A stretch of 63,995 bases of DNA, filler included, from Sanchytrium tribonematis (Eukaryota): NCBI GenBank assembly GCA_018985235.1. It is 8 parts of 8 records of this genome, joined end to end, with 100 filler letters (N's around TTAATTAATTAA, not from the genome) between each part and the next. Parts side by side here need not be neighbours in the genome. Positions count along the whole stretch, not along the records: positions 49,086 to 57,101 come from JADGIG010000402.1; positions 57,202 to 63,995 come from JADGIG010000496.1; 6 more parts are not named here. The stretch is one strand, 5' to 3'. The position numbers were made by a program, and so were the translations under genes. Shown here piece by piece: positions 52,735-63,218 of this stretch. Numbering within the stretch: position 1 is the first letter of the stretch; each line of letters starts with the position of its first letter. Below the pieces are notes generated by a model. The model saw only the letters and a program-made list of their open reading frames with translations, did no database searches and was not told the origin of the DNA.

Positions 52735-55352
52735 TTATTTATCATGCATGCTTTTGATAACGCTTGAACTCATTTCCCAATTATCAGGAACCGTCACACT
52801 GGAGGTGTGCCAAATATTTTTAGAGTAATCAGAAATAGATCTGTCAGATGAGAAAAATCCTGCTCTTGCGGTGTTCAAAATACTCATTTTCAGCCATTTC
52901 TTTTGATCTTTATACGCATTTTCCGCGCGTTTCAAACATTCTAGATCTATATAAATAATAAATTACATAATGGGAAATCTTTACAAACCAAATAAAAATC
53001 CCCTGCAACAGTCAAGGTATCCAACAAAGGATTGAAGATATTTGGATCGCCAAATTCTCCTTGTCGAATTGAATCTAAGACATCTTGTAATTCTTTACCA
53101 ATATCCACTTTGTAGAATTTGTTATTGTGTCGAATGTCTTCAACTTCAGGAGTCAAAGTTCCGAAAGTAAAAATATTATCTTGTTTTACCTCGTCTCTGA
53201 TTTCAATATTTGCACCGTCAACCGTTCCTACAATAATTCCGCCATTTGCAACAAATTTCATATTGCTCGTTCCACTAGCCTCGGTACCTGCGGTAGAAAT
53301 ATGTTGAGAGATGTCACTTGCAGGAATAATGATCTCAGCATTACTGACATTGTAGTCTGGAATAAATACTACCTTCAAAACATCAGCCACTCTATCATCC
53401 TTGTTGACAACTTCTGCCACACTATTTATCAATTTGATGACTAGTTTTGCCATGTAATATCCAGGAGCTGCTTTGCCTCCAAAAATATAAACATGTGGCT
53501 GCTCTTTTTTCCTCAACTCTGGGGCCATATCGCGAAGAGTATTGTAATGGTGAATGATTGCAAGAATGTTCATAAATTGACGTTTATATTCGTGAATTCG
53601 TTTAACTTGAATATCGAAAATAGCCTCAGGCATGACACGAATTCCAGTTTCTTTCTGGATATACAAAGCCAATTTTGCCTTGTTCTCAAATTTGATTTCT
53701 GCCCACTTAGTCTGAAATTTTGGATCCTCTGCAAATTTTTCCAGCACTTTCAATTTTGATAATTCTGTGATCCAAGAATCATCACCAACCTTTTCCGTGA
53801 TCAAATCTGCCAAAGCGGGATTACTCTGATTGATCCATCTTCTTGGTGTGACACCATTCGTAACATTTGTGAATTTGCTTTCGCCAAAAAAGTCTGAAAA
53901 CTCTTTAAATATTTTGTTCTTGACTAACTCGCTATGTAAAGCTGCAACACCATTGACTTTATGGCTCCCAATGATTGCCAAGTGAGCCATTCTAACATGT
54001 TGTGGCATACCTTCTTCAATAATTGACATCTTGGTTAGAATTTCTCTATTGTCGGGAAACTTCTTTTCAACTTGTTGTAAGAAAAACAAATTAATATCAA
54101 AAATAATTTGTAAATGTCTTGGTAACAAATTATTCATCAACGGAACAGACCATTTTTCTAAGGCTTCTGGCAAGACAGTGTGGTTTGTAAAGCTGAAAGT
54201 TTGAGTAACTATACTCCAACTTAGGTCCCAGGATAATTGCTCAATATCTACCAAGCGTCTCATAAGCTCGGCGATACCCAAGGTAGGGTGAGTGTCATTG
54301 AGTTGTATTGCAACTTGAGATGGGAATTCTTCCCAAGGTCGATTTGTTTTCTTAAATCTTCGTACAATATCTTTCAAAGTAGCACACACAAAGAAATACT
54401 GTTGCTTGAGTCTTAATTCCTTTCCAAGCATATGATTATCGTTAGGATATAAAACACTGGTAATAGATTCAGCACGTTGTTGTTCTCTAACAGACTGTTC
54501 ATAATCACCAGCGTTGAAAGATTGCAGATCGAATTGGCGATTTGGCTTAGAACTCCAAAGTCTAATGTTCAGACAGGTCTTATTTTTGTATCCTGGAATG
54601 GGTACATCATAAGCAACTGCTTGAATAGTTTCACCACCTTCCCATTTATATCTTACCTTGCCATCCTTTTCCTCAATTTTGGTAACGTGGCCGTAAAATC
54701 TAACTTCATAAGAGACATCAAATCTGGCAACTTCCCATGGATTGCTTACATTTAGCCAAAAGTCAGGAAACTCACATTGGTATCCTTGAATAATTTTCTG
54801 CTTGAAAATACCATAATTGTATCGTAGCCCATATCCCCAAGCTGGCATTTCCATACATGCCAATGAATCCATAAAGCATGCAGCCAATCTTCCTAAACCA
54901 CCATTTCCTAATGCCGCATCTCTTTCTTCATTTATCAAATCTTCCAAATTAAATCCCAAGGCTTTCAAGGCATTTTCGTAGTTTTCCCTCAATCCCAAAT
55001 TGATCAGAGCATTATCCAAGCTTCGACCAAGTAAAAACTCTAAAGACAAGTAGTAGATTCGCTTTGGATCTTTTAATGTGTGAAATTGCTGAGTTTCATT
55101 CCAAATTTCAATTAATCTGTCGCGAATGGAATATGCAGCAGAGTAGTAAGCCGCTAAAGCATCCATATTAAAAGCTGTTCTTGCCATGGTGGAACTTGCG
55201 TGTTTGACAATAGATTTTTCTATAACCTCAATATCGTTTTCATCAACCTTTGAATATTTCTCCCACAACTCCAGGGTCTTCTTATTCATCAGCGACAAAT
55301 AATTTTTTGGCAAACCCGTAAAATTGCGATTTAAGACTTGATCGTTGGACAT
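52735..55352 (-). CDS. GPH1: Glycogen phosphorylase, intron 52947-52966
   Basis: LGNGGLGRLAAC, QLNDTHP, KRIHEYKRQ, EASGTSNMK; splicing gives DFPL/YLECLKRAENAY. Confidence 0.96.
52947..52966 (-). other. 20-nt intron GTAATTTATTATTTATATAG
   Basis: GT-AG; restores the DF..Y motif. Confidence 0.92.
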
Positions 55353-55386
55353 GTTTTGGGGAGAAGGTCTCAAAAATCGCAAATTT

Positions 55387-56124
55387 TTATTTTATTTTTT
55401 TAACTTTCATATTGAATCCATCTACAACAAATGATCCTAGATTTGCATTGCCTTTAGAGACAAATTGGAGAATTTCCCGAGCAGCAAACCCCGAAAGTAT
55501 GCTTGCCAAGCCAATCTCATGACGACTTTTACTTTCAATTAGCAATTCAATATAGTCCTTATCTATTTTTATATTCCATTTCTTGAGCTGTTCATTAATA
55601 TCTTTAAAGTTACACTTGCCCAAAATAAAGCAATAGACAATTGGCCAAGTCACACCCACTGTTCTGGCAAATTGTTTTTCATTTAGAGTCTTACCATCAA
55701 TAGACCAATTGAAAGTCTCTGTTGTGGATGACAGTTTATACCAACCTACCATGCCAAATTGTTCGACACATACATATAATGCAGCTTCTTTTTTATACAG
55801 CAATTTTTCATGTTTCGAACTTCCATAAACAATAATTTGAAACGACCCATCAATGTTGTCAACTAGATTAATACGACAACTAGGATTGAGCCTTTGCACT
55901 CTATTAATTTCAAATTGGTTGTTTTTGTGAAATAGTCCTGCAGAGTTCTCAAATATTGAGCAGCTCCGAATTCCTGCCAAAACAAGATTTTTAATCATTT
56001 CGCTTCCTTCAATTCCTGTTTTATAAACCAGAACATCACATTCCGAAATTTTTATTTGACCATCCATTCCGTAAAGCCTGATTTGTCTGTCAAACCTCTC
56101 AACATCCACATTTGAATTTGTCAT
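55387..56124 (-). CDS. ThiF-family E1 non-catalytic subunit (Aos1/SAE1- or Ula1-like), reduced
   Basis: RFDRQIRLYGMDGQ, EMIKNLVLAGI, RLNP, ASILSGFAAREI. Confidence 0.78.
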   Translation of the reverse strand: MTNSNVDVERFDRQIRLYGMDGQIKISECDVLVYKTGIEGSEMIKNLVLAGIRSCSIFENSAGLFHKNNQFEINRVQRLNPSCRINLVDNIDGSFQIIVYGSSKHEKLLYKKEAALYVCVEQFGMVGWYKLSSTTETFNWSIDGKTLNEKQFARTVGVTWPIVYCFILGKCNFKDINEQLKKWNIKIDKDYIELLIESKSRHEIGLASILSGFAAREILQFVSKGNANLGSFVVDGFNMKVKKIK

Positions 56125-56150
56125 TGTTAAACAGTGGAGAAAAATTGTAT

Positions 56151-57002
56151 TTATTCAATTTTATCAGGATCCCAGCAAAATTTGTACGGGCCCACAGATT
56201 CTTTCAACGAGTCTATGTAATCCATTTCATTATCACTCAATTTGAAATTCAAATCAAAATTTTGTTTGATGTGCTCGGCAGAGGTTGCTTTAGGGATGAC
56301 GTAAAGACCTTTTTGCAGCGCCCATTTGAGCAGAATTTGAGACAACTCTTTGTTGTGGGTATCAATTATATTTGATAAATGATCTCCCAAATAATAATCC
56401 GAAAAATGATTGATTAAATTTCCATTTCCACTGCTACCAAAGCTGCTGTAAGCTTGGAATATAATTTTGTTTTCTTTACAAAAATCAATAAGAGTCTGAT
56501 CGTAATAAAGTGGATGACATTCATTTTGCAAAAGATATGGTTTGATATCGCAAGATTCTAAAACTTGATTAATATGTTTCATTTGAAAGTTAGAAATTCC
56601 TAGATATCGGATCTTTTTCTCGTTGACACATTGTTCCAATGCAGTATAACTCTCCTGTCTCAAACTCCTATTTTCAGTACTTGATGGTGACTTTTTCGAT
56701 GCGCCTGGCCAATGAATGAGATATAAATCTAATGAATTTAGCTGAAATTCCTTTAAGGATCGATCGACAGATTCAATGCAAGAAGCATATCCTTGATCTG
56801 TGGGGGACAATTTAGAGGTCAAAAAGATCTCGTCATTAAATCTTTGGTTTTCTCTCAAGACTTCTCCGATACATGCTTCATTTTTATACACAGTTGCGCT
56901 GTCAATTAACTTGTAGCCCATCTTTAACGCGGCTCTGACAGAATCCCTACAACTTTGGCCTTTTAATTGATAAGTGCCAAATCCTACAGCAGCAGCCTCC
57001 AT
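56151..57002 (-). CDS. Aldo-keto reductase
   Basis: GFGTY, IDSATVYKNE, LDLYLIHWP, LGISNF, VIPK. Confidence 0.93.
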   Translation of the reverse strand: MEAAAVGFGTYQLKGQSCRDSVRAALKMGYKLIDSATVYKNEACIGEVLRENQRFNDEIFLTSKLSPTDQGYASCIESVDRSLKEFQLNSLDLYLIHWPGASKKSPSSTENRSLRQESYTALEQCVNEKKIRYLGISNFQMKHINQVLESCDIKPYLLQNECHPLYYDQTLIDFCKENKIIFQAYSSFGSSGNGNLINHFSDYYLGDHLSNIIDTHNKELSQILLKWALQKGLYVIPKATSAEHIKQNFDLNFKLSDNEMDYIDSLKESVGPYKFCWDPDKIE

Positions 57003-57307
57003 TTGTTACAAAAATTTAGTCAAAAGACTTGACATAAAATAAAACATAGGCGGCTTTTTTGTCAAATTCATTTTCAGAACATTCGCTAATCCTAGTATCA
57101 TNNNNNNNNNNNNNNNNNNNNNNNNNNNNNNNNNNNNNNNNNNNNTTAATTAATTAANNNNNNNNNNNNNNNNNNNNNNNNNNNNNNNNNNNNNNNNNNN
57201 NCGTATGAAAGAAGCGTATTCAGAAGGGATTCATGGCAATAGCAAGCGGAAATTGGAAGAATAAATTTATTTGTCGCTTTTTCAATTCAACTCCTTGAAG
57301 CATCAAA

Positions 57308-58495
57308 ATGACGGATCCCATTCTACGATTTCAACAATATTTACAAATCAAAACAGTCCAACCGAATCCAGATTATCAAAAATGTGCATCATTCCTTAAA
57401 CAACAAGCATCTGATATCGGATTAGACTACAAAGTCATGGAACTAGTGAAAAATAAGCCCATTATTTTGCTAATTTGGCCTGGTCAAGTCAAACAATCCA
57501 TTATATTCAATTCTCATACAGATGTTGTCCCTGTTAGTGAAGAACATTGGTCATTTCCACCATTTGATGCCACCATTTCCAATAATAAAATATATGCCAG
57601 AGGATCCCAAGATATGAAGTGTGTTGGAATGCAATATTTAGAAGCCATTCGACTATTAAAAGATAAAATCACTCCATATTTCACATGGATCTTCTCATTT
57701 GTGCCAGATGAAGAAATTGGAGGCCACGATGGAATGGAATTATTTGTCACAAAACCTGAATTTAAAGCATTACAACCCATATTTGCATTTGATGAAGGAT
57801 TGGCTTCTAAAGAAGACCATTATAAACTATATTACGGAGAACGTGCGCCATTTTGGATTAAATTGATTGCGCGCGGTACTGCTGGACATGGCAGTTTATT
57901 ACTCGAGAATACTGCAAATATCAAATTATTAAAAGTATTGAATAAAGTAAGCGAGTTTAGAGACCAGCAATGTGAAAAACAAAGAAATGGATTCAAAATT
58001 GGAGAATTAACCAGTGCCAATATCACCATGCTAGAAAGTGGGAAACAAGTCAATGTCATACCTGATACAGCATCTGCTAGTGTGGATATCAGAGTTACAC
58101 CATTCATGTCATTTACAGAAATGGAACAATTGATTACAAATTGGTGTTCTGACACAGTTTCATTTCAATTTATTCAAAAATTTGATAATCAAAATGTCAC
58201 CAAATTAGAAGATAATCCATTTTATAATGCCATTTTAGAGACTGGTAAACAAGTAGGCATCTCTATTGATAATAATATCTTTCCTGGTGCCACTGATTCA
58301 CGATATTTACGACGAGCAGGGATTCCTGCATTTGGCATTTCTCCAATTCGCAATACACCTGTGTTATTACATGCACATGATGAATATTTGACTGTAGATG
58401 GGTATATGGAAGGGATTACATTCTACCAGGTGCTGTTTAATGAATTAAACAAAATTAGAAATGTACCTGAAGCACTGTTACACACTTTAAAATAA
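57308..58495 (+). CDS. ACY1: Aminoacylase-1 (peptidase M20A)
   Basis: NSHTDVVP, ARGSQDMKCVG, PDEEIGG, DEGLA, LLHAHDE. Confidence 0.92.
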   Translation: MTDPILRFQQYLQIKTVQPNPDYQKCASFLKQQASDIGLDYKVMELVKNKPIILLIWPGQVKQSIIFNSHTDVVPVSEEHWSFPPFDATISNNKIYARGSQDMKCVGMQYLEAIRLLKDKITPYFTWIFSFVPDEEIGGHDGMELFVTKPEFKALQPIFAFDEGLASKEDHYKLYYGERAPFWIKLIARGTAGHGSLLLENTANIKLLKVLNKVSEFRDQQCEKQRNGFKIGELTSANITMLESGKQVNVIPDTASASVDIRVTPFMSFTEMEQLITNWCSDTVSFQFIQKFDNQNVTKLEDNPFYNAILETGKQVGISIDNNIFPGATDSRYLRRAGIPAFGISPIRNTPVLLHAHDEYLTVDGYMEGITFYQVLFNELNKIRNVPEALLHTLK

Positions 58496-58517
58496 ATTTT
58501 AGAGACTTCCTTGAAAC

Positions 58518-59000
58518 ATGGAGATTCAAAATGCCAACCCAATTGTTCAATCGACCGTAGAAAACAAATTAGATTATAATATGGATGAAGGAATTGTGGA
58601 TTTGATTACCCCTGAAGAGATATATCACTTGATTGCAAAGATTAATGATCCAGAACATCCATTAAATTTGGAGCAATTGCGAGTGGTTAATTTAAAGGAT
58701 GTCTTGATTGAAAACACAACAGTGATTAATGGTTTACAATGTGCTAAAATCAAGATATATTTAACACCTACTATCCCGCATTGCAGTATGGCGACTTTAA
58801 TCGGATTAACCATTCGCGTGAAATTAATGTTTTCATTGCCAGATCGATTTAAAGTGTTTATTTACATTAAACCAGGAAGTCACCAGAATGAAGCACAGAT
58901 TAATCGACAATTAAACGATAAAGAACGTGTTTGTGCCGCATTGGAAAATCCAAATTTAATAGAAGTCGTGAATGAGTGTATTCGACCTAGTTGTTTGTAA
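58518..59000 (+). CDS. CIA2: Cytosolic Fe-S assembly factor Cia2/FAM96B
   Basis: INDPEHPLNLEQL, TPTIPHCSMATLIGL, QLNDKERVCAALEN. Confidence 0.93.
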   Translation: MEIQNANPIVQSTVENKLDYNMDEGIVDLITPEEIYHLIAKINDPEHPLNLEQLRVVNLKDVLIENTTVINGLQCAKIKIYLTPTIPHCSMATLIGLTIRVKLMFSLPDRFKVFIYIKPGSHQNEAQINRQLNDKERVCAALENPNLIEVVNECIRPSCL

Positions 59001-59161
59001 ATTCAATAAATTTAATATCTAGTTCTAACATACCAATGAAGTGGGGTAAAAATGACAAATCAGCTTGATTGTAATTGATCAAATTAGCAACGAGCCAATC
59101 AAAATGGGCAATCGAAATCTGAGATTGGTTCAAAATCAAAGTCGTCCCCGCCTTCTCAAAC

Positions 59162-59824
59162 ATGAAGAGAGTCAAGTCTTTGTATGCCTTCACTGCAAGA
59201 CATCCTGAGGAAGTTTCCTTTGCAAAATCACAAGAATTTTTTGTATTGTTTGCAAAACAGGGGTGGTATTTCGTGAGTACGAATGCATCTTCACCATTTA
59301 GTAGAAAAGCAAGAACTGGATATGTACCAGGTAACTATTTTACTGAAGTACAGATGAATGGGATGCCATTAACAACCATGGGAAATCCGTGCATGACTCA
59401 AGATATTATTCCATATTTACAAAATAAGCAAGCTATTTATTCCCCACTCAAGAACAGAGTCAAAGGGACAGTGTATATGGTCAATCTAAATGAGGGAAAT
59501 GAGTATTTACAAGTGGAAATCGATGATCAAGTGCAAATAATGGGAATAGCTGATTATAATCTTGGATTGGTTTATGCGAGATTAATAGACGACTCAGATG
59601 TCAAAGTGATTCATTTAAACAATTTAAAATGTAAAGATGTCCTTACCAATTTATCAATAGTTGGATTCGATCAATTGTTAGATTTCGAAAGGAGTTTAAA
59701 AACCAGCAAATATCAAGGACTCACACTCAACAAAAGACACTCTGATTCTTCTGCACTAGGATTCAAATTATTAGATCCTGTTAGGCCTAAAAGAAGTTCA
59801 GTATCTCCCACACCAGCTGTTTAA
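59162..59824 (+). CDS. SH3 protein, Bem1 N-terminus-like (paralog 4)
   Basis: LYAFTARHPEEVSFAK...GWY...GYVPGNYF plus a degenerate second SH3. Confidence 0.75.
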   Translation: MKRVKSLYAFTARHPEEVSFAKSQEFFVLFAKQGWYFVSTNASSPFSRKARTGYVPGNYFTEVQMNGMPLTTMGNPCMTQDIIPYLQNKQAIYSPLKNRVKGTVYMVNLNEGNEYLQVEIDDQVQIMGIADYNLGLVYARLIDDSDVKVIHLNNLKCKDVLTNLSIVGFDQLLDFERSLKTSKYQGLTLNKRHSDSSALGFKLLDPVRPKRSSVSPTPAV

Positions 59825-59869
59825 TAAATGAAATGCAGTATTTTAATTTGCCAATATTTTTTGAAACAC

Positions 59870-60097
59870 ATGTTATTGGGATTTGGATCTCTCTTATATT
59901 TCCTATTATTACTCGTAAATGCGCTATGCATTCTCCACAAAGATCGATTTTTAGCTAAAATAGGCCTAGTAGATCAATACAATCAGGGAATCAGCAGCAA
60001 ATTAATGACACTCATTCAATCACTTAAAACTGTTCTGACTATTCCATTAATCATTATAAATTCAGTCGTGATTGTATATGAATTGATACTAGGCTGA
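59870..60097 (+). CDS. YOS1: Yos1/IER3IP1 ER-Golgi transport protein
   Basis: LLLVNALCILHKDRFLAKIG...LI..LKTVLTIPLI..N..VIVYELILG. Confidence 0.9.
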   Translation: MLLGFGSLLYFLLLLVNALCILHKDRFLAKIGLVDQYNQGISSKLMTLIQSLKTVLTIPLIIINSVVIVYELILG

Positions 60098-60141
60098 TTT
60101 TAATCAATAAATAAATAAGAATTTCACTTGGACAACTCTCC

Positions 60142-61218
60142 ATGAAACTACTGTCTATTTTACATTCTCCAAAATTTTTTAAAGAAGAATTAGATGCACT
60201 GATATCCACTAGCAAGCGAGTCAAATTAACATCACTTTATTTAGGTCAACACATAACAAATAAAGGACAAGTGATTGTAGATGGAAATCGATCTAAAAGA
60301 GAATCAAAACATCATCCAAATACACTTTATTACAATACTAGCAAAGTTAAACACTATTTACCAAATCAATTAAAAGAACTGGGTGAATTATTCCACTGCA
60401 AATGCTATATTTTTGATAAACATGTGATTTTATCAGGTGCCAATTTAAGCTCAAATTATTTCACAAATCGACAAGATAGATACATTTTAATCAATAATCA
60501 TCATTTTGCAGATATGATGGATGAATGGTACCAATTAATGGTCAATACACATGCCATCACACCCACTAATCAATTTATTCAATTTCACAAACCATCTGTC
60601 CACTCTCTTCAAAAATGGGCAGCATTCCAAGTCAAAAAACTAGAAAATACACTTAAACATACACCATCTGGTACCCATATTATCCCAATCCTCAATTGGC
60701 CACAAATCAACATCAAACACGATATTTTAACCCATTTACAACAATATTATCAAAATAATCAATTCACCATATCCACTGCGTATTTTAATCCCACGCAACA
60801 ACTACACGATATGATTCATTCCGGTGCATGTGTGATTGCCCCAGATATCTCTACTCATGGATTTTTCAATGGCAATGGTTTAAAACAATATATTCCATTA
60901 TTATATCAACATTTTATTAATCCGTATCCCATTTATACGTATAAAAGACCCAATTATTCATTTCATGCCAAGGGTATTTGGATTAAACCCAATTTAAAAT
61001 CAAATCATTATTTAACAGTCATTGGTAGTAATAATTATGGATATAGAAGTCAGAAAGATGTAGAATTAGATTTTGTGATACTCAGTGATGATTTGCAAGT
61101 GAAAGAAGCATTAGAATTGGAATTACAAGAGATTCAAAAATATTGTCATTTGCAGCAACCTATGAAATTGCCATTTTGGATCAAATTGGCCAGTCGGATG
61201 GGTAAAAGAATACTCTAG
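60142..61218 (+). CDS. PGS1: Phosphatidylglycerophosphate synthase (PLD superfamily)
   Basis: HCKCYIFD..VILSGANLS.NYFTNRQDRY; FHAKGIW; IGSNNYGYRS. Confidence 0.88.
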   Translation: MKLLSILHSPKFFKEELDALISTSKRVKLTSLYLGQHITNKGQVIVDGNRSKRESKHHPNTLYYNTSKVKHYLPNQLKELGELFHCKCYIFDKHVILSGANLSSNYFTNRQDRYILINNHHFADMMDEWYQLMVNTHAITPTNQFIQFHKPSVHSLQKWAAFQVKKLENTLKHTPSGTHIIPILNWPQINIKHDILTHLQQYYQNNQFTISTAYFNPTQQLHDMIHSGACVIAPDISTHGFFNGNGLKQYIPLLYQHFINPYPIYTYKRPNYSFHAKGIWIKPNLKSNHYLTVIGSNNYGYRSQKDVELDFVILSDDLQVKEALELELQEIQKYCHLQQPMKLPFWIKLASRMGKRIL

Positions 61219-61333
61219 AATATAAAGTAAATGACATCATTTTGACATTTAAATTGCGCAATTTGAAGTGGGTTGATTGGAATTGCTCAGTTAGTTGGCG
61301 TCATTTAAAAAATGCCAATTGACTCTCCTTGAA

Positions 61334-61771
61334 ATGTTCTTTACTTTGATGTTATTTGCAATGCCAACAATCTTTTCTGATGGAATAAATTCTATTGTAA
61401 AGTGCAGTGGCAAGCGAATTGCGTTTGGATTTAGTGATCAAACGGACCAAAGTGCTGATTTTACAGATATGTTGAAATTTGATGACAATTTGCAACAATT
61501 GACTTTGAATTATCTTGGTTTGAAAAAGCAATTTGACATGGAAACTAATTTAGATCCCTAATTTGAAATTGCAAGTGTTTTGGTATCTCACTACTTGAAT
61601 GAAGCAGAAACGTACATTGTTGTAGGAACTCAAATCACAGTGGAAAACCAATTCACCAGATACAGTTCTTTCGACACGGCACTATCTGCTGAAAATCAAA
61701 TGGAAGTAAAAAAGTATTTAAAAGAACAAATTGAAGCATTTTTGGAACAACCGTGTGACTTTAATAAATAG
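61334..61771 (+). pseudogene. Secreted family member 1, with in-frame TAA at 61559-61561
   Basis: The two ORFs are in the same frame across a single stop; homology to 62653 and 63219 continues past it. Confidence 0.6.
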
Positions 61772-61844
61772 ATTCACTCATTTCTTAAAATGTAAATGAT
61801 CACCCATATCCATTGGAATCCTGTAAAAGGGGGCTAACTGAAAT

Positions 61845-61858
61845 AAATGACGTCATTT
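61845..61858. promoter_or_regulatory. CRE/ATF-type palindrome AAATGACGTCATTT
   Basis: Perfect 14-bp palindrome about 40 bp upstream of ATG 61898. Confidence 0.55.
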
Positions 61859-61897
61859 TAGTGAATAAAAGCAATAATAGACCCATTTTGTTGTACG

Positions 61898-62536
61898 ATG
61901 TTACTACTAACATGGCTTTTGGCAGATCATGGATTTTGGAACCCGGAAGTGGAAGATTTAGATGATGTCATTCCAAAAGCCATTCCAATGACGGCTGCCG
62001 ATGCACGTCCAATCATAGGTACATTAAATAAGAAACCTACTAGACCAGATTCACCCATTGTAAATGGAGAGTATGCTTCAGAAATCCCTCATGATATTCC
62101 ATTCTCAGATTACGAATTTCCAAATGTATTTTCAGAACTTTGTTTTATATTTGATGACAAAATTGGCAAGAAATCTTCAAATGTAGGAAGAATATTTTAC
62201 AAATCTCCAAATGAAATTAATTTACGTTTAAATTTCCAAGAGATGGATTATTTTGAAAAACTATTTCCAGTTGATGCATCCACTTCTCACCAAATTGCAG
62301 AAACGGTAGTGAATAAATTTAAGCAAACCAAAGAAAAGACAGGGCGATATTACAATATTAGCACAAGTTTGTGGATTAGTGGTATGGAGAGATATGAAGT
62401 GACTCATATTGCAACGGAAACTCAATTTACATGGCTAACCATTTCTTTTGAATCATTTATTAAAATGCTGCATCAAAAATTAAAAGAAATCATTGCTGAT
62501 TATTTGCAACGAACTGAAATAAATCACATGACTTGA
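61898..62536 (+). CDS. Secreted family member 2 (212 aa, divergent)
   Basis: Signal MLLLTWLLA; DDKIGKK and QIAETVV weakly match the neighbours. Confidence 0.65.
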   Translation: MLLLTWLLADHGFWNPEVEDLDDVIPKAIPMTAADARPIIGTLNKKPTRPDSPIVNGEYASEIPHDIPFSDYEFPNVFSELCFIFDDKIGKKSSNVGRIFYKSPNEINLRLNFQEMDYFEKLFPVDASTSHQIAETVVNKFKQTKEKTGRYYNISTSLWISGMERYEVTHIATETQFTWLTISFESFIKMLHQKLKEIIADYLQRTEINHMT

Positions 62537-62562
62537 TCGACAAGTCAAATTTGGCAATATTG

Positions 62563-62604
62563 CATCATAAATGTCATCATAAATGTCATCATAAATGTCA
62601 TCAT
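62563..62604. repeat. 12-bp tandem repeat CATCATAAATGT, 3.5 copies
   Basis: Read directly; lies in the promoter of 62653. Confidence 0.85.
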
Positions 62605-62652
62605 ATGTCGTCATGTTACATTTAAAAAGAAACATCGCCTCTCTCTCATAAA

Positions 62653-63081
62653 ATGATCTTTTCTACCTTGTTAATGGCTCTACCACAGACACATTGTGTG
62701 AATCCAGAAATGGAAATTTCATTGGATAATGGACAAGGTAAACGTGCCCCATATACAATCAGATTAGAACATGATGAACATATTTTTGATCAATTAAATG
62801 TTTATTACAATGGGATACAAATCAATCATGATTTGAATCGTAAAAAAGAGTTCATTGTTGAGTCTTGTACTATCTTGGCAGGAATTTTAACAGAGTATTA
62901 TTTGAATCAAGTTGGATTTGATAGTTATAAAGTTAAAACTAAGATTACTCAGTCTAAAATTTACCAGATTAAATCTGAGTATAAAAACAAATTGACGCAT
63001 CATCATCAAGAAACTGTTACGGAGCAATTAGCAAAAGACATGTCAAAATTCTTGTATTTTAAACGATGTCCAACTCAATAA
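62653..63081 (+). CDS. Secreted family member 3 (142 aa)
   Basis: Signal MIFSTLLMA/LP; ISLDNGQGKRAPY. Confidence 0.75.
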   Translation: MIFSTLLMALPQTHCVNPEMEISLDNGQGKRAPYTIRLEHDEHIFDQLNVYYNGIQINHDLNRKKEFIVESCTILAGILTEYYLNQVGFDSYKVKTKITQSKIYQIKSEYKNKLTHHHQETVTEQLAKDMSKFLYFKRCPTQ

Positions 63082-63167
63082 ATTGTGTATCACACGTGCA
63101 AGTGCCATGATCAATTGATCTTTGCATTTAGGGGTCGTCTAAAGAAAGACAAAGGTGTATCCTTTAG

Positions 63168-63194
63168 CTATGACGTCATAGAGGGGTATAAAAG
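63168..63194 (+). promoter_or_regulatory. CRE palindrome CTATGACGTCATAG plus TATAAAAG box
   Basis: About 25-50 bp upstream of ATG 63219. Confidence 0.6.
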
Positions 63195-63218
63195 AACGTG
63201 ATGGAATGACTCCTTGAA

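Noticed and set aside
45889..61561. In-frame TAA/TGA in the LINE and in the 61334 gene as evidence for stop-codon reassignment
   Set aside because: Conserved genes end at TAA, TAG and TGA at the expected positions and have no internal stops once micro-introns are removed; these cases are better explained as mutations
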